Virus record (IMG/VR): IMGVR_UViG_3300042469_000981
Length of the DNA stretch: 64,000 nucleotides
Reading direction: 5' to 3' (one strand)
From: a virus
Shown here in pieces: positions 35,401 to 44,601 of the stretch (positions within the stretch are counted from its first letter, which is position 1; every line of letters begins with the position of its first letter). The notes under the pieces were generated by a model. That model worked only from the letters and a program-made list of their open reading frames with translations, searched no databases and had not been told where the DNA came from. The translations under genes and the position numbers were made by a program.

Positions 35401-38400
35401 AATGGATATGAAGAAGCTACATCGCTGTATAATCCAAAATCACCAGAAACATATCCAATGTATCTGTACTTATTAGTACCATTTAAATTAAATGATTGAT
35501 ATGTATAGTTTCCAACAGAAGCAGCGAAATCTAATATTAACTGTTCATTTGTTGAACCTGATACTCTTAAGTTACCGTTCCATACATCTAGTTTGGTAGA
35601 TGGACTAGTAGTCCCAATCCCGACATTCCCTAACAAATAATGTGAACTACCAGTTGCCTGAATTGAACCAGTAAATGTCTGTGTATTAGCTAAACTATTA
35701 CCAAATATATTTGAACCTGAAGAATAAATAACAGATGAGGTAATTTGTTGTACGTTTAGCTTTTGTGCTGTGATTGTACCTGCTACTGTTAAGCTGCCGG
35801 AAATGTATCCGCTGCCTGAAACCTCGAGGTTGTAGGTTGGGTTAGATACACCAATACCTACGTTACCTCCAGAGGTAATACGCATACGTTCAGTAAATCC
35901 GGCTTGTGTACCTGGATTTGTTGATGTACCAATTACTAATGGTGAATTAGAATCATAACTAATTGAAGTTTGTGAATCTGATTCAACATTTATATTAAAT
36001 TGTTTAGAGTTTGAAGCGTTAGTTCTAGTTATTGTAAATTGGGTATTTCCGTCACTAGCTATATTTAATGATGCTGATGGACTAGTAGTACCTATACCAA
36101 CTCTACTTAAAAAATAACTAGGTGTTCCTGAATATCCGGATAGTTTTGAAATAATATCATTATTACCTGTTCTAACTTCTAAATACCCGTCTGCACCCGA
36201 CTCGTATATTCTAACTAGTTTAGCTGAGTTTGCGTTTCGTTCTAATACAAATCCATCACCGTAACTACTAACCTCACCCGGAGATTTTACTGTTAATTTA
36301 CCTGCAGGACTTGTAGTACCAATACCTACATTACCACCTCCGGTAATACGCATGCGTTCAGTAGGTGTAAAAGCATCTCCTGCGGTTTTAGAAGCAGCAT
36401 CATCAGCAAAGAATTTAAGTACTCCATTTAATCCACCACCAGTACCACTAACAGAGATACCAGCTGCACCATAAGTAGCTGTTATAGATGTTTTATATCC
36501 ACTTGAACCGGAAACACCATAAAAATTAGACGATAACCATAAATCACCACTGCTATATTCACTAAATATATTACTGTAATCTTCCCATGTTATTCTTTGT
36601 CCTTGTGAAGCTGCACCTAAACTTAATCTAGCAGATGGACTAGTAGTACCAATACCTACGTTACCGGAAGTATTAATATACATTCTATTTGTATTATTAG
36701 TATAAAATCCTAAAGGCGTAGCGTTGGTTGATCCTATGTAACCTTCGTTAGAAACAAGACCTGCATACATTAAATATGTACCTGAGTTCTCAATCTTTAT
36801 AATTTGGTCACCGGTACCGTATATGTGAAGATTATTAGCAGGACTAGTAGTACCAATACCAACCCTACTTCCACTATACACCAATCCACTATCGGCTGCT
36901 AATGCACCACCGCTATTGTATACAATTTGTGTTGTTGAACCTGGAGCTGATACTGAACCTGAGAATGAACCTGTGAATGAGGTTGCTGTTACACCACCTG
37001 CTACTTGAAGTGTGTTAGATGGGGTGGTAGTCCCTATTCCGACATTGCCGTTAGCAGCCAATCTCATTGTTGTCAACAAAGTAGCTGCAGTACCTGCAGC
37101 GCCCGTTGCAACCCTATTGAAATCTATTGTCCCATCCTGCATATACATTTGCGTAGCAAATCCAGTATTCCTTAGTCGCCAGGTTGCTCCGTTAAAGTAT
37201 AAGTTCTCTGCATACCAGCCATTATTGACCGCGTAAGATTGCATCTCTAGTCCACCTGTCCTAATTGATGAATTACTTGGAGATGATTCTACTTCTAATT
37301 TAGTAGATGGACTAGTTATGCCAATACCTACGTTACCTGCGTAGGTAACGGTTAATCGGTCTGCATTTGCTGTGCCAAGTTTTAGTGAACCCGTTGGGTT
37401 AGATGCATCACCATATATGTAGGTAGTTCCATCACCATAACCCCATTGAAGGAGCGTAGTGTTATCAATAAGAATATTTCCACCACGCACGTTCAGTTTT
37501 GCTCCTGGACTGCTAGTCCCGATACCTACACTACCTCCAGCAGCGATTCTAACTCTTTCGCTTGCTCCTTCGTGGAATTCAAAAGATGAATTGTTTGTAT
37601 AAACAATTTGGTTTCTTGTTGTACTATTATAATAAGTGTGGACGGTTGTTGCTCCAGAAACTCCTACACTAATATCACCTTGAACGTCTAGTTTTTGTGA
37701 TGGCGTAGTAGTACCAATACCTATGTTACCTGAAGATGATATAAATAATCTAGTAGTACTAGCACCAGTTAAAAACGATAAATTCTCATTAGTTTGAGAA
37801 ATAGCTGCTATAGTACCGTTAGTTGTATCACCTAATGTTAATTGGTTTGTATTAGCAACTGTAGCAAAATAACCTTGTCCTCTTACATCAAATTTGTAGA
37901 CAGGACTTGTAGTACCAATACCTACATTACTCCCGCTAAATACAAAATTAGAAGCGGCTGCTAATGCACCGCCACTATTAAAGAGTACCTGAGTAGTAGA
38001 ACCAGGTGCTGCAATACTACCGGAAAATGAACCTGTGAATGAGGTTGCAGTTATATTTCCTTTTACCTGGAAGGTAGCTCCGTCATCATTAGATCCTCCA
38101 ACAATAACATTACCTCCCTGTAAGTAAGAAACTCCGTTTGTATTTAATACTATATTTACAGTACCAGAGGCATTTGCCCCATATATAGATGGGTGGTTAT
38201 TAGAATCTTGATAAATACTAATAGCACCTGAACCGGCACTTGGAGTAAATGATGTAAAGAATGAGTTACTTGCTCCCGATTTTACTTCTAGTCTATAGCC
38301 TGGTGTAGTGGTCCCGATCCCCACGTTACCTGAACCGGAAATATAAATTCTTGATAAGCCGGCGCTTCCATCGTAAATATTTAACGCGTCTGATGTACCT

Positions 38401-39215
38401 ATTAATTCAAATAATCTACCGTTAGAAATTTGAAGTTTAGTTCTTGTAAGGATATAGCTGTCTACATCTAAACCACTAGCAAATCTACCAGTGCCGTTAA
38501 CATCTAATTTATAAGCAGGTGTAGTAGTACCAATACCAACCAACCCACCAAACGAGGCCGTTGAAGCATTTTGTGTAATTGAACCTGTAAATACTGCAGG
38601 TCCGATGTTTGTGAATGTCGAAGAACCGGAAACAGTAAGTGAACCTGAGATAAGAACGCTACCGCTGACGTCAAGTTTAGCGTTAGGAGAGGTTGTACCA
38701 ATACCTACATTATCAGAACTATTTATAGTTAAAGTTGCAGCTGAACTTGCTCCTAAGTGTAAATAGTTAGCTGCTCTTAAAGCAGTACTATCGGTTTGAG
38801 CATTTTGAAATATATTTCCAGCGTTACCATACCCTAAGATAGTTCTGAATGTAGTATTTTCATTAATAACTAAACCACCATATTGAGTTGTAGAATCTAT
38901 TCTAATGTTAGCAGCATCAGAACTAGCAGCTCCTGATATATGTAGATTGTTTTGAGGACTAGCAGTACCAATACCTACGTTACTTCCGCTAAATACAAAA
39001 TTGGATGCTGCACCGAATGCACCTCCGTTATTATAAATGATTTGAGTATCTGAACCCGGTACTGTGACAGTAACCGAGGAGGTGGACATGTAGTATACCT
39101 GTTTAGTACTGTCGTCAAATGAAAGAATATATCCTTTTGAAGCTGATGTAGCTGAAGGTAAATATGTACTTCCTGAAACTATTAAACCTGTTCTTGTTAC
39201 AAACTCGTTAGCCAT
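32460..39215 (-). CDS. Long tail fibre with about 25 GNVGIGTTxP modules
   Basis: 2251 aa; 25 (V/I)GIG-containing repeats counted by eye, each followed by KLxV and a variable spacer. Confidence 0.85.
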   Translation of the reverse strand: MANEFVTRTGLIVSGSTYLPSATSASKGYILSFDDSTKQVYYMSTSSVTVTVPGSDTQIIYNNGGAFGAASNFVFSGSNVGIGTASPQNNLHISGAASSDAANIRIDSTTQYGGLVINENTTFRTILGYGNAGNIFQNAQTDSTALRAANYLHLGASSAATLTINSSDNVGIGTTSPNAKLDVSGSVLISGSLTVSGSSTFTNIGPAVFTGSITQNASTASFGGLVGIGTTTPAYKLDVNGTGRFASGLDVDSYILTRTKLQISNGRLFELIGTSDALNIYDGSAGLSRIYISGSGNVGIGTTTPGYRLEVKSGASNSFFTSFTPSAGSGAISIYQDSNNHPSIYGANASGTVNIVLNTNGVSYLQGGNVIVGGSNDDGATFQVKGNITATSFTGSFSGSIAAPGSTTQVLFNSGGALAAASNFVFSGSNVGIGTTSPVYKFDVRGQGYFATVANTNQLTLGDTTNGTIAAISQTNENLSFLTGASTTRLFISSSGNIGIGTTTPSQKLDVQGDISVGVSGATTVHTYYNSTTRNQIVYTNNSSFEFHEGASERVRIAAGGSVGIGTSSPGAKLNVRGGNILIDNTTLLQWGYGDGTTYIYGDASNPTGSLKLGTANADRLTVTYAGNVGIGITSPSTKLEVESSPSNSSIRTGGLEMQSYAVNNGWYAENLYFNGATWRLRNTGFATQMYMQDGTIDFNRVATGAAGTAATLLTTMRLAANGNVGIGTTTPSNTLQVAGGVTATSFTGSFSGSVSAPGSTTQIVYNSGGALAADSGLVYSGSRVGIGTTSPANNLHIYGTGDQIIKIENSGTYLMYAGLVSNEGYIGSTNATPLGFYTNNTNRMYINTSGNVGIGTTSPSARLSLGAASQGQRITWEDYSNIFSEYSSGDLWLSSNFYGVSGSSGYKTSITATYGAAGISVSGTGGGLNGVLKFFADDAASKTAGDAFTPTERMRITGGGNVGIGTTSPAGKLTVKSPGEVSSYGDGFVLERNANSAKLVRIYESGADGYLEVRTGNNDIISKLSGYSGTPSYFLSRVGIGTTSPSASLNIASDGNTQFTITRTNASNSKQFNINVESDSQTSISYDSNSPLVIGTSTNPGTQAGFTERMRITSGGNVGIGVSNPTYNLEVSGSGYISGSLTVAGTITAQKLNVQQITSSVIYSSGSNIFGNSLANTQTFTGSIQATGSSHYLLGNVGIGTTSPSTKLDVWNGNLRVSGSTNEQLILDFAASVGNYTYQSFNLNGTNKYRYIGYVSGDFGLYSDVASSYPLYISASGNVGIGTTSPTRPLTVKSSNIGIRMDNSSNSNAGLEYYVSTGTFYNWLLGAQYNVANTFEITPSTTIGGTTYSTPAFVVNANGSVGIGTTSPSQKLEVDGALKLTSNPSVTADASAAYFWNQSGVGPTIGGLKFQVKTNGATTAMTIDNSQRVGIGTDSPTEKLHLRNGTLLIDSDPGTSPGIWMPDINGNPSLRIVTDQQDASYTSIINGWGSSANSGVTVGTTRGDGTAFQVRSEVTLSSGFATDSGTTRFIVLGNGNVGIGTTTPSTKLVVSGSHVSGQGMSTFKGSDYAIVNLVAPAAGDGSNGYWGFRAQDPSFNDLMWFGHVTSSTQSGFVVAPNFDTANSASLYVARSNGNVGIGTTSPTQKLEVAGKIRLTDDIQLWSANPTILWESGALRFYNNSTATERMRITDVGNVGIGTTNPSAKLQVNGASILGGTLNSDWAVSVDNLGTTNANGMYVNIGASSTGVPFAVYKNFSSLFYVTNSGNVGIGTTSPDDKLEVEGGGIAINNPSDPYLRFRQSGTIVSDIFTDTSGNNLIVRGSSGVGVEILANGASEGAAHLVVSGSGRVGIGIASPVTNLHINGVCGPGSSGALSLAAPAAGGGCPSYIIMGNNDSAGIAGPNVITSGNRTLAFGVGDSFSSNSGGNFTGSMYIINGGNVGIGTNTPAAKLHLDIPSAASNIAEIFRATDGALADFKILLNRNTTLANSISVVNTAAGNMSFETSNTERMRITSGGSLLINTTSQAGYGGVVPKLEVVQTSVSNTDGDGGTLSLYGNSSFAQDTGAALVLGQAYSGTTTATGARVRSGKENNTSGNFASYLALDTRPNGGAMTERMRITSAGNIGIGTTSPSYNLQVSGSIAIENQGTTTIESTTFSGSLTGNTNIAFVPTGSFKAAFFDYYVASGSISMRAGTIMAVQNNSTSRYTDTSTADIGNTAPVDFSTSVVGGNLVLTANIASGTWEIKTAYRAL

Positions 39216-39237
39216 TCTTTATTATTTGTTATAAATA

Positions 39238-42129
39238 TTAAAATATTTTAAGTAGTGCTTTTAATTGCCATCCTGAAGTTGGTGTCTCTAATACAATCAC
39301 AGTATTGCTACCACTATAGTTTGCTGTGAAGTATACATTGTTAGTGTTTCCAATATCGACTGTACTAACATCATAATGGACTGGCGTAATTGAACCGTCC
39401 CACGCAACATAGAAATCTCCTGTACGTACATTAGAGTTAGATCTTACCATATATTCCATATGGGCTGTATAAGCATATCCAAAAGGAATTGTTACAATTA
39501 AATTACTACCTGAACCTATTAAATCATTTTCTACTACATCAAACGTTACTGTGTTAAGTACAAAGTTTGATGAGTACATACCATTTACTAAACTTGAAGT
39601 GATCATAAAATCACTACCAGTTAATTGTAATAATGTGTTGTCGTATGTAAATCCTACACTAGTTACTACTCCATTTGCTGTTCCGTCTGAAACTAAAACA
39701 GCGTATTGTGATGGGTTAGATACAGATAAACTAGTACCTGAAGATCCAGCTGTGCCTGAAGAGCCTGAAGTACCAGCGGTACCCGCTGCTCCTGAACTGC
39801 CTGAGCTACCTGAGGTGCCTGATAAACCAGAGGTACCACTTGTACCTGAGGATCCTGATTCGCCTGAACTACCTGAACTACCTGAACTACCTGCAACTCC
39901 AGAAGTACCACTTGAACCACTAGCTCCGGCTGCGCCTGATGTACCTGAAGTACCTGAACTACCTGAAGATCCAGAACTACCACTAGTTCCTGATGAACCA
40001 GAAGAACCACTTGAACCAGATGAACCAGCTGTACCACTTTCTCCTGAAGTACCTGATGAGCCTGAAGTTCCTGATTGTCCTGAGGAGCCAGCACTGCCTG
40101 AGGTACCTGAGGTACCTGAAGAGCCAGCACTGCCTGATGAACCGCTTAAACCACTTGATCCACTTTCGCCTGAAGTTCCAGATGAGCCTGAAGTTCCAGA
40201 TTCACCAGAACTACCACTTGAACCTGAACTACCGCTTAAACCAGATGAACCTGAGCTACCGCTTAAACCACTAGATCCTGCTGTCCCACTTAAACCAGAA
40301 GAACCACTTGTACCACTTTCGCCTGAAGTACCACTTGAACCGCTTGTACCACTTTCACCTGATGTTCCACTTGAACCTGAAGTACCTGATTGTCCTGAAG
40401 TACCGCTTGAACCTGAAGTACCTGATTCGCCTGATGACCCTGAAGTGCCTGATGAACCAGCAACACCTGAAGTGCCTGAGCTACCAGAAGATCCTGAGCT
40501 ACCGGCTGTACCTGAACTACCGTCTCCACCAGATGCTCCATCTAGGTTTGTAGTCCAAGAAGAATATGTTGCTGTACCCTCAACACTAGATATTTTTATT
40601 GTTAATGATCCTGTGCCTGAATTGTATGAAACTACATCCCCGTGAATTTCTTCACCAACAGCATGAGCTACAATTACGTGTTGAGATACTGTATATGATA
40701 ATCCTGTACTTGTAGTTATGGTTAAATTATTTCCAACTACAAGTGTACTTAAATTAATTGAATCAGTTGATGTACCAATATAGGAAGCACTTTGACCTGA
40801 TGAGCCTGAAGTTCCATTAGCCCCTGAAGTACCGCTTGAGCCTGTCGCACCTGAAGAACCACTAGATCCTGAAGTGCCTGCTTCTCCTGAGGTTCCACTT
40901 GAACCACTTGTTCCTGATAAACCTGAGCTACCTGAAGTGCCAGATTCACCTGAGGTGCCTGAACTGCCTGATGTACCACTTAAACCTGAGCTTCCACTAG
41001 TTCCTGAAGAACCAGAAGAACCACTAGTACCTGTTGTACCAGAAGTACCAGATAAACCTGAACTGCCTGAACTACCACTTGTTCCTGAAGTACCACTTGC
41101 ACCAGAAGTACCTGATGAGCCTGAAGTTCCTGATTGTCCAGAAGATCCAGAAGAACCATCAGCGCCTGAGCTGCCTGAAGTACCATCAACTCCTGAGCTG
41201 CCGCTTGAACCACCAGATCCTGAAGTACCAGATAAGCCTGAAGTACCTGAAGAACCAGAAGTACCTGATTGTCCTGAAGAACCAGAAGAACCATCTATAC
41301 CTGAACTACCAGAACTACCATTTTGTCCTGATGTGCCTGAGCTTCCTGTTAATCCTGAAGAACCTGAAGTGCCTGAAGTGCCTGTTGTACCTGAAGAACC
41401 AGAACTGCCTGAAGTACCAGCGCTACCTGAAGTACCTGCTGACCCTGAAGTACCATTTGAACCAGAAGTACCAGATGAACCATCTATACCGCTTGATCCA
41501 GATGAACCTGAAGTACCATCTATACCTGAAGTACCTGAAGTTCCACTTGAACCAGAAGAACCTGAAGAACCTGAAGTACCACTTGTACCAGAAGATCCAG
41601 ATGTACCAGGAGCACCTGGTAAACCAGATACGCCTGAAGAACCTGAAGTACCATCAGTACCTGATGTACCACTTGTACCTGCTGTACCTGGAGAGCCAGT
41701 ACCTGAAGTACCGGCTGTACCAGCAGTACCTGAAGTACCGGTTGTACCAGAACTACCTGATGAACCTGCTGAACCTGAGCTACCAGATGAACCTGAAGTA
41801 CCAGTTGTACCTGAGGTACCTGAAGCTCCAGATGTACCAGATGAACCTCTAGGTCCTACTTGTCCAACTTCAATTACAGCGGATATAGGTTGAGCTACTT
41901 CTACAACATTATCAGGAAGTTGAGTATTTACTACCGTAACAGTGTTAGGTAGATTATCTAAATTTAATGTTAAAGTTGTTTGTACTACTGTTGTAGGACT
42001 AAAAACAGTACTTTGAGTTGTTACTGAACTGGAGTCAGGGTTTTGAACAACTGTAATAGTATTACCTGTCGGTTCTACAACGACTATAGTATTTTGGCTT
42101 TGTATTACATTAATTGAGTTTGACTCCAT
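39238..42129 (-). CDS. Second Gly-X-Y (GSS/GTS) repeat fibre protein with internal globular domain
   Basis: 963 aa; two repeat blocks (about 41855-40790 and 40545-39735) separated by YIGTSTDSI...SSWTTNLDG; C-terminal domain shared with 32460..39215. Confidence 0.8.
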   Translation of the reverse strand: MESNSINVIQSQNTIVVVEPTGNTITVVQNPDSSSVTTQSTVFSPTTVVQTTLTLNLDNLPNTVTVVNTQLPDNVVEVAQPISAVIEVGQVGPRGSSGTSGASGTSGTTGTSGSSGSSGSAGSSGSSGTTGTSGTAGTAGTSGTGSPGTAGTSGTSGTDGTSGSSGVSGLPGAPGTSGSSGTSGTSGSSGSSGSSGTSGTSGIDGTSGSSGSSGIDGSSGTSGSNGTSGSAGTSGSAGTSGSSGSSGTTGTSGTSGSSGLTGSSGTSGQNGSSGSSGIDGSSGSSGQSGTSGSSGTSGLSGTSGSGGSSGSSGVDGTSGSSGADGSSGSSGQSGTSGSSGTSGASGTSGTSGSSGSSGLSGTSGTTGTSGSSGSSGTSGSSGLSGTSGSSGTSGESGTSGSSGLSGTSGSSGTSGEAGTSGSSGSSGATGSSGTSGANGTSGSSGQSASYIGTSTDSINLSTLVVGNNLTITTSTGLSYTVSQHVIVAHAVGEEIHGDVVSYNSGTGSLTIKISSVEGTATYSSWTTNLDGASGGDGSSGTAGSSGSSGSSGTSGVAGSSGTSGSSGESGTSGSSGTSGQSGTSGSSGTSGESGTSGSSGTSGESGTSGSSGLSGTAGSSGLSGSSGSSGLSGSSGSSGSSGESGTSGSSGTSGESGSSGLSGSSGSAGSSGTSGTSGSAGSSGQSGTSGSSGTSGESGTAGSSGSSGSSGSSGTSGSSGSSGSSGTSGTSGAAGASGSSGTSGVAGSSGSSGSSGESGSSGTSGTSGLSGTSGSSGSSGAAGTAGTSGSSGTAGSSGTSLSVSNPSQYAVLVSDGTANGVVTSVGFTYDNTLLQLTGSDFMITSSLVNGMYSSNFVLNTVTFDVVENDLIGSGSNLIVTIPFGYAYTAHMEYMVRSNSNVRTGDFYVAWDGSITPVHYDVSTVDIGNTNNVYFTANYSGSNTVIVLETPTSGWQLKALLKIF

Positions 42130-42140
42130 TACAAACTCGT

Positions 42141-42557
42141 TTAGGCAGGATTAACTTCAGTAACTTGTTTGCTTAATTGTACTTGACCTTCGAGCAATCT
42201 AATTTTTTCACTTCCAGAAGTTAGTTCAATATCATAATAAGCGTTACCTGTAAAGACTAAATCTTGTGTTGTTGCCCATCCGGCGTATATTCCTATACTG
42301 CCTGATGTTACAGATGTAGTACCATTACTACCTGAAAAACTTAAAAAAGCACTACTGCTATTAAAATTATAAGTGTCTCCTAAACTAGAAGTTAAAGTTA
42401 AATAGGTTTGACCACTACCGCTATAAGCTGAACGAATTTGCATAGCACCTTCATAACCAGCCAAACTTATAGGTTCACCAACCGAGTCTTTATATTGTAA
42501 TTCTAAATTTAGAGTAGCACCTTGTTCAATGATAAAAGAATATTTTCCAGCAGCCAT
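42141..42557 (-). CDS. Beta-sandwich virion adaptor (BppU-N/baseplate-upper-like)
   Basis: 138 aa; IEQGATLNLELQYKDSVGEPISLAGYEGAMQIR...YYDIELTSG..KIRLLEGQV. Confidence 0.6.
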   Translation of the reverse strand: MAAGKYSFIIEQGATLNLELQYKDSVGEPISLAGYEGAMQIRSAYSGSGQTYLTLTSSLGDTYNFNSSSAFLSFSGSNGTTSVTSGSIGIYAGWATTQDLVFTGNAYYDIELTSGSEKIRLLEGQVQLSKQVTEVNPA

Positions 42558-42598
42558 ATTTTTTATATATAAATATTAAGAAATAATGGAAATATTTA

Positions 42599-43336
42599 TT
42601 ATCTTTTAGAGTTCCCGTTACTTCCTGAGGTGCCTAATGTAATTCCTTTTTCATACGCGTCATTATATAGATTAATTAAATCTTCTACAATAGGATCTCT
42701 ATGGTTTTGTTTTAAAGATATAGCGCAAAGATTTTTTATCTTTTTAGCAGCTGAGTATAAGAATTTAAATCCTGAATCGCGTTTTTGTTTTAAGTCTACT
42801 TGGGCATCATCTCCACAAACAATCATTTTAGATCCTTTACCAATGCGGGTAACGATCATTTCCATTTGTTCATGAGTAACGTTTTGGGCTTCATCTACAA
42901 TTACTACAGAGTTTACAAATGTTCTACCTCTCATAAATGAAACAGGTACAATTTCTATTTTATCTTCCTTAATAAGTTCTTCAATTTTAGTTTTATCATA
43001 AAGTAAGAACATGTTTTGGTAGATTGGTTGTACCCAAGGATCCATTTTTTCTCTTAAATCGCCTGGTAAGAATCCAATTTCTTCTTTAGATACTGTTGGT
43101 CGAGTAATGATTACTTTTTCAACATCTCTCATAAATAATTTTTCTAAACCAATTTGGCAAGCAAGTAATGTTTTGCCTGAACCAGCCGCTCCAGCTAATA
43201 AAGTAATAGTACTTTCTAATATTTTAGCTTTAGCTGACTTTTGTTCCTCGTTTAATTGTAACTTAAACTTAATAGGGTTTTTAGGCTTACGCTTTTCTTT
43301 GAAGATATCATCTTCATGGGTGGGGTGATTATTCAT
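42599..43336 (-). CDS. phoH: PhoH-like ATPase
   Basis: 245 aa; GAAGSGKT Walker A, IGFLPGDLREKM, MRGRTF, IVDEAQN, GDDAQVDL. Confidence 0.95.
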   Translation of the reverse strand: MNNHPTHEDDIFKEKRKPKNPIKFKLQLNEEQKSAKAKILESTITLLAGAAGSGKTLLACQIGLEKLFMRDVEKVIITRPTVSKEEIGFLPGDLREKMDPWVQPIYQNMFLLYDKTKIEELIKEDKIEIVPVSFMRGRTFVNSVVIVDEAQNVTHEQMEMIVTRIGKGSKMIVCGDDAQVDLKQKRDSGFKFLYSAAKKIKNLCAISLKQNHRDPIVEDLINLYNDAYEKGITLGTSGSNGNSKR

Positions 43337-43869
43337 TTTTTGTTAGGGCTTATTCTTCCTTTTAAAGCTTGACTAATAGCTTTTTTATGTTCTTCACTTA
43401 TTGATTTTCCTTTACGATTAGAAGATTTTCCTATTTTGGCTAATCTCATTTTTTCTAGAGTTTCGGGAGAATATTTTCTATTTTTTAATTTTTCAGCAAA
43501 TCCCTCTGGTTTAGGTTTTCCTTTAGTTGATTCGCTTCTTTTATTACATGTTTCTTGGGTTTGTTTAGATCCAGTTTGTCTTTTAATTTGATTATCTATA
43601 AATTCTTTAGTTCTATAAGCAGGACCACCACCTCCTGTATTTTTATTTAGTACAAAAAATCCCCAAACTTTAAATTGTTCTATCCAATAAGATTCTATAG
43701 GAGTCCAATCGTTTTTATTATTACTATTTATTTCATCAATTATAGTATAAGTAATTTGTTTTCCAAATTTTTGCTTGTGGTCATTTTTTCTGCAGTTTTT
43801 GGTTTTACCTATATAAACCCAATTAGGATTATCATAACAATTTTCAACTAAATATATTTTAGTAAACAT
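43333..43869 (-). mobile_element. Free-standing homing endonuclease (GIY-YIG-like N-terminus plus NUMOD3-type repeats)
   Basis: 178 aa; KIYLVE...VYIGKT, ESYWI, VLNKNTGGGG, SPETLEKMRLAKIGK and SEEHKKAISQALKG repeats. Confidence 0.8.
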
Positions 43870-43872
43870 TTA

Positions 43873-44601
43873 TTATAAATATTCATTAAAGTTAATCTTT
43901 ACCAATGCATCTATACCAGCATTCACATGCATGGCATCATCTAAACATAACTCGAAATCATATCTATCATCTAATGGTAACACTAAATCAACTTGTGAAC
44001 CCCATCTTATTAAAGAAAATCTCTCATTTTGAGCAAAAATATCATTTTGATCCATAGTAAATGGAGCAATTACATTCACATCCTCATCAGCTATCTGGAT
44101 TAGATAGTAAGTATAGTTAAGAGAAGGTGAATAGATTTTATTCCACATACGCTCATTATACTTTAAATATTCCATGTTAGCAGGATTAATCTTTTTATTA
44201 AGAATATCCTTTTCTACGGCTAACATAGGCTTATTAGTTGACTGTATCGCGTCTAGTGGTTTATATTGCAACGTACCTCCGTAAGGTATACGATTGATGT
44301 GAACATCATAGAACGACATGAATATACCAATAACTAAAGACGGTCTATTGTACTCATCATCACCTACTACATCTTGTAAGGTGTAATTCATACCCTTAAT
44401 CTCAACTATAGGTTCAGAAGGATCTTTAATAAACTTTTGATATAAAATAGTTCCATCAGCAGGACTATAAAAATGTTCATAGTCTATAAAATTAGGACGG
44501 ATTGGATCTCTAAAGAAAAAAGTATTAGATAATTCACCTACAGGTAATTTTTGTAACTGTTTTACCTCACCATTCAACCACTCTGTTAACGTTTGTGCCA
44601 T
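43873..44601 (-). CDS. psd: Phosphatidylserine decarboxylase-family (pyruvoyl-dependent) protein
   Basis: FFFRDPIR, SPADG, IGIFMSFYDVHINRIP, and IRWGSQVDL autocleavage-type site; start moved to 44601 (TAATG overlap). Confidence 0.8.
   Translation of the reverse strand: MAQTLTEWLNGEVKQLQKLPVGELSNTFFFRDPIRPNFIDYEHFYSPADGTILYQKFIKDPSEPIVEIKGMNYTLQDVVGDDEYNRPSLVIGIFMSFYDVHINRIPYGGTLQYKPLDAIQSTNKPMLAVEKDILNKKINPANMEYLKYNERMWNKIYSPSLNYTYYLIQIADEDVNVIAPFTMDQNDIFAQNERFSLIRWGSQVDLVLPLDDRYDFELCLDDAMHVNAGIDALVKINFNEYL

Noticed and set aside
39551-41893. 364-aa, 339-aa and 272-aa + strand ORFs
   Set aside because: Same antisense artefact over the 963-aa repeat gene.
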